Assembly (NCBI GenBank): GCA_002633005.1
Contig: NMRA01000486.1
Span: forward strand, 121,251-185,250
From: Phoronis australis
Lineage: Eukaryota > Animalia > Phoronida
Reading direction: 5' to 3'
Length of the DNA: 64,000 bases
Part shown: positions 14,101 through 27,361 of the stretch, piece by piece
Layout: each line of letters starts with the position of its first letter
Position numbering within the stretch: position 1 is the first letter of the stretch
Notes under the pieces: model-generated
What the model was told of the DNA's origin: nothing
The model's database searches: none
The model's input: the letters and a program-made list of their open reading frames with translations, nothing else
Position numbers and translations under genes: made by a program

Positions 14101-14381
14101 TTAGCAACAGCTCTGGAAGCTCATTGGCCAGATTAGACTGATTAGCAACATCTCTGGAAGCTCATTGGCTGATGATTTAGACATGTTAGCAACAGCTCTG
14201 GGAGCTCATTGGCCAGATTAGACTGGTTAGCAACATCTCTGAAAGCTCATTGGCTGGTGATTTAGACATGTTAGCAACAGCTCTGGGAGCTCATTGGCCA
14301 GTTTAGAATGATTAGCAACATCTCTGGAAGCTCATTGGCTGATTTAGACATGTTAGCAATAGTTCTGGGAACTCATTGGCC
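14101..14381. repeat. Minisatellite, 41/44-bp alternating units x7
   Basis: ttagcaaca.ctctgg.agctcattggc starts at 14101, 14142, 14186, 14227, 14271, 14312 and 14353. Confidence 0.95.
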
Positions 14382-16040
14382 TATCCAAAATAAAGACATG
14401 ATGTAAGATATGAAATATACAATTAACTTTACAGTAGACCCATGTTTCCACACTATTGTAGGACCAATTTGACTAAGGCTCATAAAAACGTTACATTTGA
14501 TTTGTCTTGGACACCTGACAAACTGAGGAACCCTAATCTGGATGAACTCCTGGTTCCAAGGGTGGCAATACTTGTTTACATGCACAGGGCTCGTTTGCTA
14601 AAACTTCATGTTGGCCCAATGAAAGTTTCATTTTCTTTTTTCATAACAAGAGATTCATATACCATTCAGATTAATGTTATGCTTATACTAATTCTCTTTT
14701 CTATATGACAGCTAACAATTCATACAATATTTTGAAAAATTATGGTCATTTGTAATTAAGTTCTTAAGAAAATAATTGAAATGCCCACAATGATTTTTAT
14801 CAAAGTTTGTTGAGATTTCAGTGTGGTATAATTGTTAGAAAATATTTGCTTAGATTTTATAATAGTGTAGCTGTTAGAAAAATATTTGTTGAGCTTTTTG
14901 CATAGTATAATCATTAGAGAAAATAAAATTATTAGTGAGCACTGTACCATAGCAATTGAGGCAAGAAGCCTCAGTTTCTAACATTTAATAATGTGTCAAA
15001 TCCGCATAATTTCTTGGAAACCCGTCTGAAACCCATCTTCAGTTTGGTTAACATTAGTCAGTGACTAGATGTACAAACCCTTAACAACTCTTTACTGGCT
15101 TGCACGTCAGCCGGCAGTTCAAACAAATACAATAATTTTTACTGACGCACATTATCAAAATAATTGCTATCTTCCTGTTGTTGAGTTCAAAAGGCTGCAA
15201 GCATGCAGCTGTGCTGATAATAATAGTAATAGTAGTTTTATCTCATTTCTTAATAAAGCAGGTTATGCTACTAAAACTTTGTAGTGGTGGTGCACTGGGC
15301 GTTATGTTGACTTGCGGTTTGTGTCGTTGTTGGCATAAAGCTCTTCAAAGTACTTTGATGTTGAGCGTGGTGTAAAATGACTTGTCTTTACTGTACTTAC
15401 CGTAGTTGTCCTGATTATTGTCCAAGGAAATTTATTTTAGAAGCTGATCATGGGCAGGGAAATATCCCACTTTGGCTATTAAAAACAATAAGTTTTGAAT
15501 GTCAGTGGGGGTGGATGTTCATCCAAGTCTCCAGTGTAATATGCGTACTAAGGCTACTCTTTATCGGCTCTACGTAAAGCAATCGTTAAAGTTTTTGGAA
15601 CTGAAGTTTTCTGGAGTGGTGTTCAAAGACCAACCGGTAATGTTTTTCAGAAAATAAAACCATGATTTGTAAAATCGTGAATTCTTTGAATTTAGATACT
15701 GTTCCTTGAATAGTCATTGAATTAAGTTTTGACTTTGAAAAGCCTTTTAATCTCAGTTTTTAGCCTTGGAAATATTTGAAAGACCTCAATTGCAAATTGG
15801 TTCATGTAATTAATTTTAAGGTGTTTAAATTCTTTTTCCAAGTGCACATTCCCGTTCACATCCTATTTAAGCTTAAAATGATAATTTTTTTAAAAGCTCA
15901 ACTAGCCTAACCTCACTCATTGCTTACTCAGCAAATGTCCAACGGGCAAATTCATTGCTTTTTGATGCTAGTGTAATACGCACGATAGTGTGCAACTGAA
16001 GTACCATCAGATCAATTATTCTGAGCGATGCCGTTTTAAA

Positions 16041-16208
16041 ATGTGGAAGTTGAAGTGCCTGTTCAATGAGGTATGGTTGACAGATCATAGGCACACGACT
16101 TGGATCGGAGAATGCTGAAGCGTTGCTCTTTATCTCAAAGAAGTAGATATTGCTAAAACAGGAATTTCACCGTTGAATTCTTACATGGTTGGTAAAAGGC
16201 GCCATCTG
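16041..16208 (+). pseudogene. N-terminal zinc-finger fragment of a hAT-like transposase
   Basis: MWKLKCLFNEVWLTDHRHTTWIGEC*SVALYLKEVDIAKTGISPLNSYMVGKRRH resembles the recalled KC.FN..WL.D....W...C..C.K..DI..MG..AL.SHM.GKKH pattern; ttgaa-rich subterminal-like sequence at about 15680-15800. Confidence 0.5.
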
Positions 16209-17038
16209 AGTCATTGATAAATTTCAAGCAGTTTCAAGTTGTTTGACTAGTTCGTATTGTCTTATGATGGTTATGGCAAGTAATCATGGTGGTTGTCTCG
16301 AAAGTCTTAAGGTCTTATAGTTTATGGCTTGTATTCTGTGCATTAAAAATGTTTAAAGTTAAAAATATAAAATTTGTCGTGAGTTAAGTTTATAATAACT
16401 TTAGTGTTATGTGAAACCGAAATTATAACGGAATTTTGTGTATTTGCGCACATACCTCTTTAAAATAATGAATTTCAAAACCAAATCTGAAGTAACATGA
16501 AATTCATGAGTGACTGTCCATGATATTAGGTTCAGTCTTTTCTGACGTTCATTTTGTTCTCTGATAGATATGAATGCGACTTGATATCAACCTACAGATA
16601 CATTTACACAACTCTCCACACATAGTTTTGGTGTTTGCTACATTTTTAAACTGTTGATAGTTTTACAGACTTTTGCAAGCAACAAAATTTATGCACATCT
16701 TAAATACTGAAACGCAACCTCATCAGCAGGTATAATTTCTCTGCACACTCTGGCCAAATTTGTGTTCAATCAATCCTTCTCATTCAAGCGAAGACTGAGC
16801 GCTAAAAGACAACGGTCCATTAGTACATTACCCATTGCCTGGCAGCCAACACACCATTCAAACTTGACCTTTACAAGTAAGGGTACCCAGGTCATTTAGG
16901 AGTTGTGTACACCATTCCGGGTTCTTGAGGGTGACTTGGCTATCTATTATCACCCTATGAGTGGTCAGTTAGCTCTGTATGACTTGGTCAGGTAGCTTCG
17001 TATGTGTGGTCAGATATTTAATGTTTTCTGTGTTTTAG

Positions 17039-17149
17039 GTATGCCAACACCCACACCAGAGTATGAGGTCATGGGGTGCTGAAGCTGTCACCTCATTGGT
17101 TAAGGCTGCCATGGGGTACAAGTATGAACCCCCTCTGCATGAGAACATT
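17039..17149 (+). CDS. MON2: MON2 internal coding exon (first found in window; phase 0/0)
   Basis: ttttag acceptor, gtaagt donor, 111 bp. Translates VCQHPHQSMRSWGAEAVTSLVKAAMGYKYEPPLHENI, matching the recalled MON2 segment VCQHP..RMREWGAEALTSLIKA. Too short for the ORF track. Confidence 0.93.
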
Positions 17150-17674
17150 GTAAGTTACCAACAGCTTATCAACGTGGCCCGTTCCATGGCCCTGTGGCCC
17201 GTACAATGGCCCTGTGGCCCGTGTATACTTTGTCAATAGATTTGGATATATATGGTGGCAAACAGAATCTTTCAATATCGGGAATACTGATCTTGGTTCT
17301 TTTGTGTGGAGCAGGGCAATTCCCAAATTAGTGGTGACTTCAGCGCAATAAAATACTGGCTGATATAAATTAAACTGCTATGGACTAAAACTGATTTTTC
17401 AAGTTGTTTGACTTCAGAAATTGAATTCCCTTGTAAAGTTATATTGAGATTGTTTTTTGAATTAATGCAATAAATATTTAGCCAAAAACAACGTCATTCA
17501 TTATTTAAGGGACTTGGTAATAGCGGGTTTATGACTTGTGAGCTCGTACAAAGGTCCCGAGAATGCTTTGCGGTAGGCTAGGTTGTTATCTGATCTTGGA
17601 AAGTCCTTTTGTTTTTACAGGGGATATTTATATTGCTTTAAAAAAATTGTAAAGACATCCTAACAAGTAGCCTC

Positions 17675-18170
17675 TAGCCCCCTTGGCTGCTTGAGAACGT
17701 TTTGAGTTGCAAATAACATGCGTCACTACTTTCCTAAGAACATTGTAATAAGCAGCTTCTGGCCCCCTCTGCATCAGAACATTTTGAGTAACTAATAACT
17801 TGTGCCACTTTTTTCTAAGATTATTGTAATAAGTTGCCACTAGCGCCATCTACATGAGAACATTGTAAGTCATCAATAACCTCCAGCTCCCTCTGTTGGA
17901 GAATACTAACCAGTAAAGAACCTCCATCCATCTTTCTGTGAGATGACTGTAAAAACACTCGCCCAAATCAAGCCCTCTTTTTGTGAGACCTTTATGTGCC
18001 TAGCTCACCTCCTGTGGTAACAGTGTGCATCTCCCCCTCGTGTGATAATATTTGAAGTAGCTCCGCCGGACCTCTGCATTCAAAACTCCAACTCTGCACT
18101 GTGTTTGCCCTCTCCATGTGGAAACAATTCAAACTACATTAAGTCATCCCTGTATGCAAACAATACATTA
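17675..18170. repeat. Degenerate 39-43-bp tandem array derived from the MON2 exon end and donor at 17129-17165
   Basis: 17763-17783 matches the exon end 20/21; 17853-17870 matches 17138-17155 18/18; similarity decays rightwards. Confidence 0.75.
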
Positions 18171-18609
18171 GCAAACTATTGCACAATTTGTTTGACATTT
18201 AGTTTGGAATAGTCCACTCATGAAGCATGTGCACTTTTTGTTTCCAACAAATTGAAAGTGAACATTACTTGGGCTGAAAATTCTTGCTGTTTGATGTATA
18301 TCTTAAGGATTTTTGTTCCACATGTCAATAATGTCACAAAATGACCGATTTACCTGGTGCAAGATCACAGTTTTTTAAAGGGCTTTTTTATTATAATGTT
18401 GCTGTGAACGTAAAAAAATCACCAAATGTTATCTAGCAACAGCTGTGTCATATAAAGCGCTAACAACAATAAAAATAATAGTCTTCAAAGTTAAATTTTA
18501 TAACTTAAATAAATATCAGATTTTTTATTGCTAGCTTAAATGAGAAATTTGACAAAAGGGAATTCTGAACTGATTGTAACACCTCGTCAACTCCTGGTTA
18601 TCTTGGCAG

Positions 18610-18785
18610 AAGCTGCAGTCGCTGATCCTAGCTCCCCTACAGGAGATGTCGGTCATCTCGCACCCTGACATCCGTCAGAAACAGTTAGAGTGTGTCCTGC
18701 AGGTGCTTCATAACAACGGTGAAACGCTGGGTCACGGCTGGCCGTTGGTACTCTCTGTAATCGGGGCCGTCACTAAAGACCAGGG
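18610..18785 (+). CDS. MON2: MON2 internal coding exon (phase 0/2)
   Basis: ggcag acceptor, gtgag donor, 176 bp. [59 protein letters not shown] matches the MON2 [13 protein letters not shown]...GWPLVL motif. Confidence 0.95.
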
Positions 18786-21700
18786 GTGAGTTTTGAACTT
18801 GTCTGTCCATGATCGGGGTCATTACTAAAGACAAAGGATCAGTCAATGTGCCTGTTTGTCTGTGATCAGGGTTAGGTAGTGTTTACATCTTCTGGGCTCC
18901 AGTGTCTGGTGTTTTATGAAATGCAGCCACACTAATGACACCTTTGGACCACTTGGCAAATTATCATTATTGAGGTAGGGTCTAAAACAGTATGCTCTTG
19001 ACAGTGTGGTTGAAGTTGAACAACTCCCCTAGTGTGCACCTGTGGTAGTTCTTCACCTGTTTATCACACTGTTTTGTCACATTTCTCTACGGAAATGAGC
19101 ATTCGGAAAGTTGTGTTTAATTAATACAGTTTGTAGAGTAAAGGTGTGAAAAAACACCACCTGGTCTCTGTCTTGTCGTCTGTCGTTTTATAGTTGGCCT
19201 GTCAATATTCATCATTTTTTCATGAAGTATTTGAATAATTACCATACTTAAGAATGTGTTTTCTTTTAACTAATAATTCTTTTCTGGTTATATAAACATT
19301 TGATATATTTTGTAAAGTTAGTTTCTAAAGCACTACTCTTAGTAAAGAAAAATCAAAACTACTTATTTTATCAATTTATAAATGCATAGTCTCATTAAAT
19401 TGTGAATATGCAAATAAAGTACCAATTTACAAACAATCCTAGGTCCTCCAGTGTGCTGGAAACCATCCGAGAACCAATTATCATTACAATTTTGCGAAAG
19501 TGTCGTTTTGTAAATGAGTATGGTTTTACAGTTACCCAAATGTAATAAGGCAGAGTACTTATTATTTGTTTATTTCACTGTCAAATAACGCTTACATAAT
19601 TTTTGGAATTACTAGGTTTTCTATATGTTCACACTTGTTTTTAAGTATATCAGTCGTGGTGTTTTGTTTAAAACAGCAATTTATTTGCAAGTTGTTTCTT
19701 TTCCTGATATGCTTGTACACACAGTTCTTTAGGAAGGTGCTAGGTGGCACTTGCTAAAAATTTAAATATTCGTGGTTTTAATGAGACATAGTGTCTTTAA
19801 GTAGAAAATTATTGTTTGCGGATGGTTGAATAAGTCGCCCATTCTGCTTTCTTGACTTTATTATTTTGCACCAGTCACCATCTCGCTTAATTCCGTTTAT
19901 GCACACATTAATATTAGAACTTAGTCTAATATCGTCTCTTGCATCATGTTTAGTTTGTCGCTAATAATTAAAGATTTTGTCATGAAAGACAAACTAACCT
20001 CACTTTGGCATGTATTTTATTCCTCTCCAAAGATGGCGCTGCTGGAGTGACGATAGTCATGGCCTGAGGTAATGTGATACCGGACACACTTAAATGAACC
20101 CTGATCCCTGACACAGCGAGCTACGCTTAACACACTAACACTGTGCCTGCTTGCTGGCACATCTCTTTTGTTCACTGATCATTTTGTGTTCTCTGACACG
20201 AGAGGTCTCAGTAAAGATGACACTATCCGTTGACAGGCAACATTTTCTATTTTTTTTCTTTGTCTGACTACTTCTCTCTCGCCTCAGATAAACACGTAAA
20301 CTGAGCACATAAACTGAGCATGCAAACTGTCTGTCTACCTTTATGCAAACCTTCAACATCTTGGCAGTTTGTGTATAGTCTTAGGAAACTGGAGGAAGGC
20401 AAAAAAGGACATTGGTTGTCAGCTATCAGTGTCATTTTTTTCTCAGGCCTGTTTTTATGTACTTCCTGTTTACCACTATCAACTGACATTGCGTACCAGT
20501 GTAGTCGCACTGTGTCTCTAGAACTCAAACTACTTACTGCATTTAACTGCCTTCTGTAGCCTAGCGTTTGAGGTGATTTGTTTTAGTATTAGAAAATGCA
20601 CTGAATAGCATTTTAAGAGAGTGTTTTTGAAAATTATTCTCAGTACAGCGCAGTAAGAATTTCCACTTAAGTGGCTCGTGTGGGACGCGAAGGCAAAGTA
20701 AAAATTTTGGTGGTTTTCCTGACATCTTATTCTGTGTTGCGTGACAGTTGGTGATGTGAAGTGAGACTGATAAAAGCCTCCTCATTTCTTCTGTTGATGT
20801 GATAGTCGATAATTCAGGCTACATACTCCGTTGTTTTAGATCGTATCAAATAAGTCCTTTTAAAGACCTATTTGATATTGTCTGATAAGTCTTTGTGAAG
20901 ACTTATATGATACTATCAAAATAAAGATTTAAAAGTTTTTAGGGTTAAGCTATGTTTGCTAGCTTTAATGTGTGTGTTTTTCTGAAATAGGACACTGAAA
21001 CTTCAAAGCTTGATTAATCACTGCAAGCATCCATTGTTCAATCAAAATTGGGTCGAAAGGTCACGTAATACTATTTGGAACAACATTATTCAAGATTAAA
21101 TGGTACTGGTTAACTCTGAGTGGGCGTGCTAAATGAAACCAATGGATGATGGCTGTTCCAACAACTGAAGCTTTCAGTCCCATGCAATGCTGCAGCCATT
21201 CTACAATGTCACGGCGGCATAATGAAACGAGCCTTGTCACTAGATGGCAGTTGTGTGGCTGATGGACATGAACCTTTTTGTAAAGTAGAAATTCAATGTA
21301 ATGGGATTTTCCTCATTTTTACAAATTCTTTACGACAGTCATGCTTTCAAATTACTTGGTTGTGTGGTGTGATAATCAAAGAATTTGCACAAAAATGTCC
21401 AACATCTTAAAATTAATGTAAATGAAAGAATATATTTTGCTCTCATCAATTCTGTCCATCTTGCACACCAGAATTTGAAATTGTTTCAACTGACAACCGT
21501 TTTCAACCGCTCTTGCAACTGTTTTTAAAAAGTTTTTTGTTGCATGTTGAAGTCAAGTGAAGTCAAAATGGCTTCAAACTAGAATAAATCACATGACTCC
21601 TAATCGTCCTATTGAAGTCATTTTATGATCTCGGTTTGGTCCACGGGTTGAGGGCGTGTAATTAAGAATGATGAAATACCATACTAAAAAACCTAAAGGG

Positions 21701-22062
21701 TTCTTCCTCAAGATCTGAATCAAAACAATGAGAAAAGTTCAATGTTGGCAATTATTTTTGTCTAGAATAATTGAGATTGTGTGGTAAGTGTGTGAGTGAT
21801 TGTGAGCATTCAATCTTTGCCTCATATGTCTGCGTATAGACCTCGATTAAAATGGGATATTTGGTGGACAGACATTTGGGAATCTTCTTTGGACGCATTC
21901 AAAGTGAGTCACCTTTTGTGTTCAATATGGCAACTCATTGTCACAAGAAACTTCAAGGTTGAAATTCATGGTTTTAGAAATTTATCATTATTTTTGTTGT
22001 CACTGTGAACATTAGTTTTCAACCGCTGTTGGTTTAAATCATTGCCTGTTCTCTTTTTGCAG

Positions 22063-22225
22063 GGAAAACCTGATTCGAATTGCATTTCAAAGTTTATCCT
22101 TGGTGGTCACTGATTTCTTACCCATCATGCCTTGCTATTGTCTGCAACTGTGTGTTGAGGTGGCTGGAAAATTTGGATTACAGAATCAGGAATTAAATAT
22201 TAGTCTGACATCTATTGGGCTACTG
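22063..22225 (+). CDS. MON2: MON2 internal coding exon (phase 2/0)
   Basis: tttttgcag acceptor, gtgag donor, 163 bp. [54 protein letters not shown]. Confidence 0.96.
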
Positions 22226-22596
22226 GTGAGTTTTCTTTTGTGTGTGATTATTTGGCAGAAAAAGTTAGAAATGCAACATATCGCAATGATGTGAATATAA
22301 AGTGATGAAAGATGCCAAATGTTTATGAATTTTGTGGAGAAAATTATCAGCCGACAGGCGCAAATCGATGACCTGTGTCCAATGATCTCTGTGATGTTTT
22401 GCTAGTTCGTAATACTGTATGATGCACTCTTTGTTGGCTGGCATGGTACGTCATTTGTTCAAAGGTCATACATTGCCATTTCTTCTTTTCACACTTACAA
22501 ATCATGAATACAACTGCCGCTTTGGTAGTGTTGGTTATGTCAAAATGACTAGAAACGGGATGTGTATTATGGTATGAACCATTGTCTTGTTTCCAG

Positions 22597-22857
22597 TGGA
22601 ACATTTCTGACATGTTCTACCAACAACGGGAGAAGATCAAGGCGGAGTTAACTAAGGAGGAAGAGCACTCTCCGCCGATAGACTCCACCCTCCCACCCTT
22701 CGACGCCCTCTGGATGTGCGTGTACCTCAAACTGGGGGACCTGTGCGTCGACTCGCGACCTGCTGTACGTAAGAGTGCAGGTCAGACGCTCTTCTCGACG
22801 ATCGCAGCACATGGTGATCTTCTTCTACAGAGCACATGGCAGAGTGTCTTGTGGAGG
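22597..22857 (+). CDS. MON2: MON2 internal coding exon (phase 0/0), Mon2 C-terminal region
   Basis: ttccag acceptor, gtaggt donor, 261 bp. WNISD...[41 protein letters not shown]...VLWR, a diagnostic MON2 motif. Confidence 0.97.
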
Positions 22858-24057
22858 GTAGGTAGAGACACACTTTGGTCACAATAGGTACTAGCATTGC
22901 TTGTAGAAGTGTATGCAGTCACTCCAAACTAATTTTGTTTTTAGTCATAAAGAATTGTACTTTTTACGGAAAAGTTTTATAGATTATCATAGGGATAGTT
23001 TTAGGAGTGCGCCCCTCGTCATTGGCACAAAAAAGTTCATTGACACATTGATTACTCAACTTGGGTCACTGAAACTATCACAATTTCGCTTGATTTTGTC
23101 TTGGATAAAATACATTGTATTCAGAATTTAATTTTTATTACAATGTATTTCATTTATCAAAACAACAATTTTAGTGATACAGGGTCTAGCATATTGCACA
23201 AATGCAGATCCCAACTGTGGATTTATGCGTACAGGTAAATGTAAATTAAGTTAGTCATTCAGACCAACCACTAGTCGCGTAACGTGCATGTAATGAGGTG
23301 GCAGACCAAGTTACACATATTTAAATGCTATCCCCAAATTCGAATGGAAACAGTTCATTCGACTAACATGAATCATTGACCCTAAAATTGGCCCATAGGT
23401 TTGAGGCTATATGGGTCAGTTAACTCGTAGCAATGTTTTTCTTAATTGATCCCTGTTATCATCAAACTAAATTTATAAAGATGTTTCCCCCACCTTCTAT
23501 TTAAGGTCTCAGTCAGAAATAATTAGGTCAGGCCAAGATCGCAAACTTTTTCAAACTGGAACAAGTCAAGTTTAAGGCTGTCAATCTTCTCTATGAACCA
23601 GTCAGTCAACTCGTTCAGATCAGTCTTTTGCCATGTGTCATTAAAAACTGTCACGCGAGGTATTGGAATAATAAAGAAACAAAAACAATGGAATCCACCC
23701 CCGAATGATGGCGCTGGATGGGAATTTAAGGTTGATTTGAAGTGATTTAGGCTGAAGCAGTTTTGTCCATTTGGAAATCATAAGTTGTTGACAACTCAGG
23801 TTCCAGGTGTTTTGCGTAGTGAATAATGGATATTCGAGTAAGCATGCTGAATCCGAGATCTGATGGATAGCCAAGTGTCTGTTTTGATTAAGGGTTAAGA
23901 AATCAGTTGGTGGCTAAGACAATATACATAACATATTTGGTTTGAAATTTAGTTTTATTAAATCTGCATGTCACCATGTTTTGTATGGCTAAAATAAAAA
24001 TGGAATTAGTCGTATTATTTTTGACTTGATGAGTTGAATAAGCAACAAATGGTAATC

Positions 24058-24309
24058 CAGGTCCCTGTTCTAAGAAAACTGACTTAGCTACGACAAATCT
24101 TAAGTTTCAGCCAATTTTAAGATAAAACTTAAATTTGTCTCAGGTCTGTTTCAAGGAGACCTTTAGGCTTAAGTTTTTGACTTAAGATTTTAATTTTGAC
24201 TAACTTAGTAATTGTGGAAGTTTCGAAGTTTGGAAGTTGAAACAAATCTTAGACTTATTATAGTAACTCAAAAATGGGCTTAAGTCAGTTTCTTGGAACT
24301 GGCCCCCTG
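24058..24309. mobile_element. MITE with TIRs and internal cttaag repeats
   Basis: CAGGTCCCTGTTCTAAGAAAACTGACTTAG at the left; the right end reverse-complements to CAGGGGGCCAGTTCCAAGAAACTGACTTAAG. Confidence 0.7.
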
Positions 24310-24836
24310 TATTTCCATAAATAGCTTACTGGTATTATGAATAGAAAGATTGGTATGATATTGCTCACCTGCCAATTAAAAAAAGTGTTATTTCTCTTGT
24401 AATGTTGTGTCCCCAGTGTACAGGTATGCAGAAGATAAATTGTCCATCTTCGTTGCTTACCTTAAGATCAAATTTCCCTATTAAAGTAATATTTAAATAT
24501 TGATACCAGGCCCGTAAAACTCTACATTGTTAAAATCCTTGATGATCACAGAATTTTGTGCACGAAAGTAATGCACATTTTTTTCTAAGAAATCTTGATT
24601 TTTCACCTAGATCGCCATATTTTTCACATGATTCTGTTTTTTATTCTGTAAGTCACAAAACGTGTCTTTGATTTTGTTTGAAGGCCTTTAGCTCAAGAGC
24701 TCGGCTGTCAAAAATAAAGACTGTCTGTTTTTTTAATGAATGTTGACGTATACAAGAGTTGAACATTATATACTGTAAACAGCATGGACAGGTCTGTCAA
24801 TAGATGGCGCCATTTCACACTACAATCTGTGCTCAG

Positions 24837-25038
24837 GTTTTGTTTCCACTGCTGGACAAAGTGAAGAAGCTGTCAAGCAGTGCGAGTGACAACAAGGAAG
24901 AGTCTCAGAGCACAGGGAACATCCTGATCCACCACTCACGTGACACTGCTCAGAAGCAGTGGGCGGAGACTCAGGTCTTGACACTAGCAGGCGTGGCTAG
25001 GGTGTTCAATGCAAAGAGGCATATTCTACAAAAACTAG
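24837..25038 (+). CDS. MON2: MON2 internal coding exon (phase 0/1)
   Basis: ctcag acceptor, gtgtgt donor, 202 bp. VLFPLLDKV...[31 protein letters not shown] contains the IHHSRDT.KQWAET signature of MON2. Confidence 0.96.
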
Positions 25039-25656
25039 GTGTGTTACTAGATTTTATCTTGCTTTGAATTTGTACTCTCGAGTTTTTTCTCACTTGCCAA
25101 ATGGTTTGCTGGGCCATATAATTGTGTAATTTTTTGTATAATGTAAGTTTTCTGAGTATGTGGTATGTTTCTAGGGACATTAGACAATACAACTATATCT
25201 AAAAAATCCCTTTACGGACAGTTGTTATTCACCAGCCGAAGCTACTAATTGATTCCGTGATGTTTTGGTTTATGTATTTTGTTTCAAGTTCATCACCTTT
25301 ATGAATGGCCACCTGGTAATGTTCTGAAATTGGTCCATCCTTTATCAAGATGTGTTTGAAAGAAGCGCTGGTACCAAAATATAATAATTCTGAAACTCGT
25401 GTGCCCAATAGTCGCATGGTTTGAAGCTTCAAGGGGGTTTAACCTACTCTAAAGACATTCAATCAAAATGGCAAAGTGCATGTCAGATTAATGGGTAAAA
25501 AGACTGCACAATACACCAAGTCTGTTACCATTGGCCAACGTGTAGGCTGCTGGGAGGTCAGTTGGTTTTTGTCATTTCTCTTTCACAAATCTTAATGCTG
25601 ATATTTAATTGCTAATCCGGTCCTGCCAGTTGATTGGTTATTTCGTACCTCTGCAG

Positions 25657-26243
25657 GTGACTTTCCCCGAGCCTGGGCTCTACTTCTTGAGTTCATTGAG
25701 TCGTCATCACTCTGTAAGAATGCCGAGGTGGCGCTGGCGGCATTGAAGAGCTTTCAGGAAATCTTGGCCACGAGTCGTGAAACTAAGCTGAATAATGGTG
25801 TTGAGCTGCAGCCGCCTAGACTTGAGACCATCAGTCGATCAGACAACAGTGCGCCTTCGAACATACAAGCGAGTCATGAGAAGTCACATGGTGATGTGGG
25901 CGCTGACGAGAGTGCAATATGGTCCAATGCTTGGCGCGTTTGGTTAAATATTGGAATGGTGGCTACAGTTCCACCCCAAATGAAGTCAGCAGACGTTTAT
26001 CTACCAGCACAGCCTTTCTTGACTGCGTTAATTCAGATATTCCCAGTTTTGTTTGAACATATGAAAGACCGGTTCAGTACTACAGATCTGCACAAGTTTT
26101 CTACTGTTGTGCAAAGTTGTTTGTCGGTTCCTGTAAAGGGCGACGTCACTCCATTTATACTTCCTACCACATATCTGGACCAAGAAGCAAACCTCATACC
26201 TCTACAGGAAGTTGTTCTCAACGCCATAGACTCTCTATTCATG
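25657..26243 (+). CDS. MON2: MON2 internal coding exon (phase 1/0)
   Basis: ctgcag acceptor, gtttgt donor, 587 bp. GDFPRAWALLLEFIESSSLCKNAEVALAALKSFQEIL...WSNAWRVWLNIG...QPFLTALIQIFP...LQEVVLNAIDSLFM. Confidence 0.94.
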
Positions 26244-26779
26244 GTTTGTTTCCATTTTTTATCAAGTATAGGAATTTTGTATGAAATACGTGTAGAAATG
26301 TGATTAATGCTATCTTTAGGAATGAATTAATGTTTACTTACTGATCTTCACTGCAGATTCTTTACCATGGCTTTGATGTTTAACCATATGGCGCCCTCTA
26401 TAGTCAAAGGAGAGATATTATTCCTCACAGTCAATCTAGTACATGATTTCTCCATCAAACGCAGCCACTGTCTGACAGCATGCTAAATAGTCACCAATGA
26501 AGTTGTCAGAGTTGCCTGTATGATGCGCTGAGGAAAGTAGCCAATTATATTAATGACGTCTGCTTTTGTAAGATTGTTCGCGTTACATTCATGCCCGTTC
26601 ACTTATAACCGAAGTTTGTTGTCTGCTGTTTTTTCATTATTTTGGTAATTCATGGTTTCACTGTGCAGTGATATTTTTGTATAACGTAAGAGCTAGGAGT
26701 CACATCATGGCAAAGGACATTTTTGTGCTCATGAAATTGTTCTGAAACTCATCCACAGCACTTGGCTGTTATACTGTAG

Positions 26780-26923
26780 GAAATGACCAGAGGAGCAGGC
26801 AGCCAGCAGAACATGTGTCCAGACCTGTTCGACCAACTGTTGATGTTTGTCAGCTATGGAGTCAAGGCGCCATCTTATGGCAAAATTGAAACTAAAACTA
26901 TTGGAGTTGCCAAAGTTGGCCAG
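26780..26923 (+). CDS. MON2: MON2 internal coding exon (phase 0/0)
   Basis: tgtag acceptor, gtagag donor, 144 bp. EMTRGAGSQQNMCPDLFDQLLMFVSYGVKAPSYGKIETKTIGVAKVGQ resembles MON2 FDQLL.FV...KPP.YG..ETK. Confidence 0.9.
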
Positions 26924-27232
26924 GTAGAGTAGTTTGGCGTTAGAAGTATGTCTTGTGTTTTGCAGCACATTAAGTTGTTTTTCTGAATCTTTGGTATATT
27001 AAGATGTTTTTTATCTATTTAGTTGTTAAAAGTTGACGTTTGAAAATTCCATCCTCACCTTTGTAGAAGAGATTGTAAAAGATTTGCTTGTTTTTCCCAG
27101 AGAACACGATGGAAAGGTACATGTCACCTGCCATTTCCTGTGCGCTTCAGTTTTGCTGGGGTTTCTTTCCAGAGTGAAGACTTGTTCATTTTGTGTTACT
27201 ACCGATATCATGACCTTTGTCAATAATTGTAG

Positions 27233-27361
27233 ACCGACTGGGTGACCATGAACTTTGTGCCATTTGCTGAACACTCGCTAGATGTCACCGTCAATCTATA
27301 CAAGCTGATGGCGACGCACGCAACTGTGATCGAACGACGCGTACTACAGAGCATCATTAAG
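27233..27361 (+). CDS. MON2: MON2 internal coding exon (phase 0/0) preceding the 30.6-kb intron
   Basis: tgtag acceptor, gtaggt donor, 129 bp. TDWVTMNFVPFAEHSLDVTVNLYKLMATHATVIERRVLQSIIK. Confidence 0.94.
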
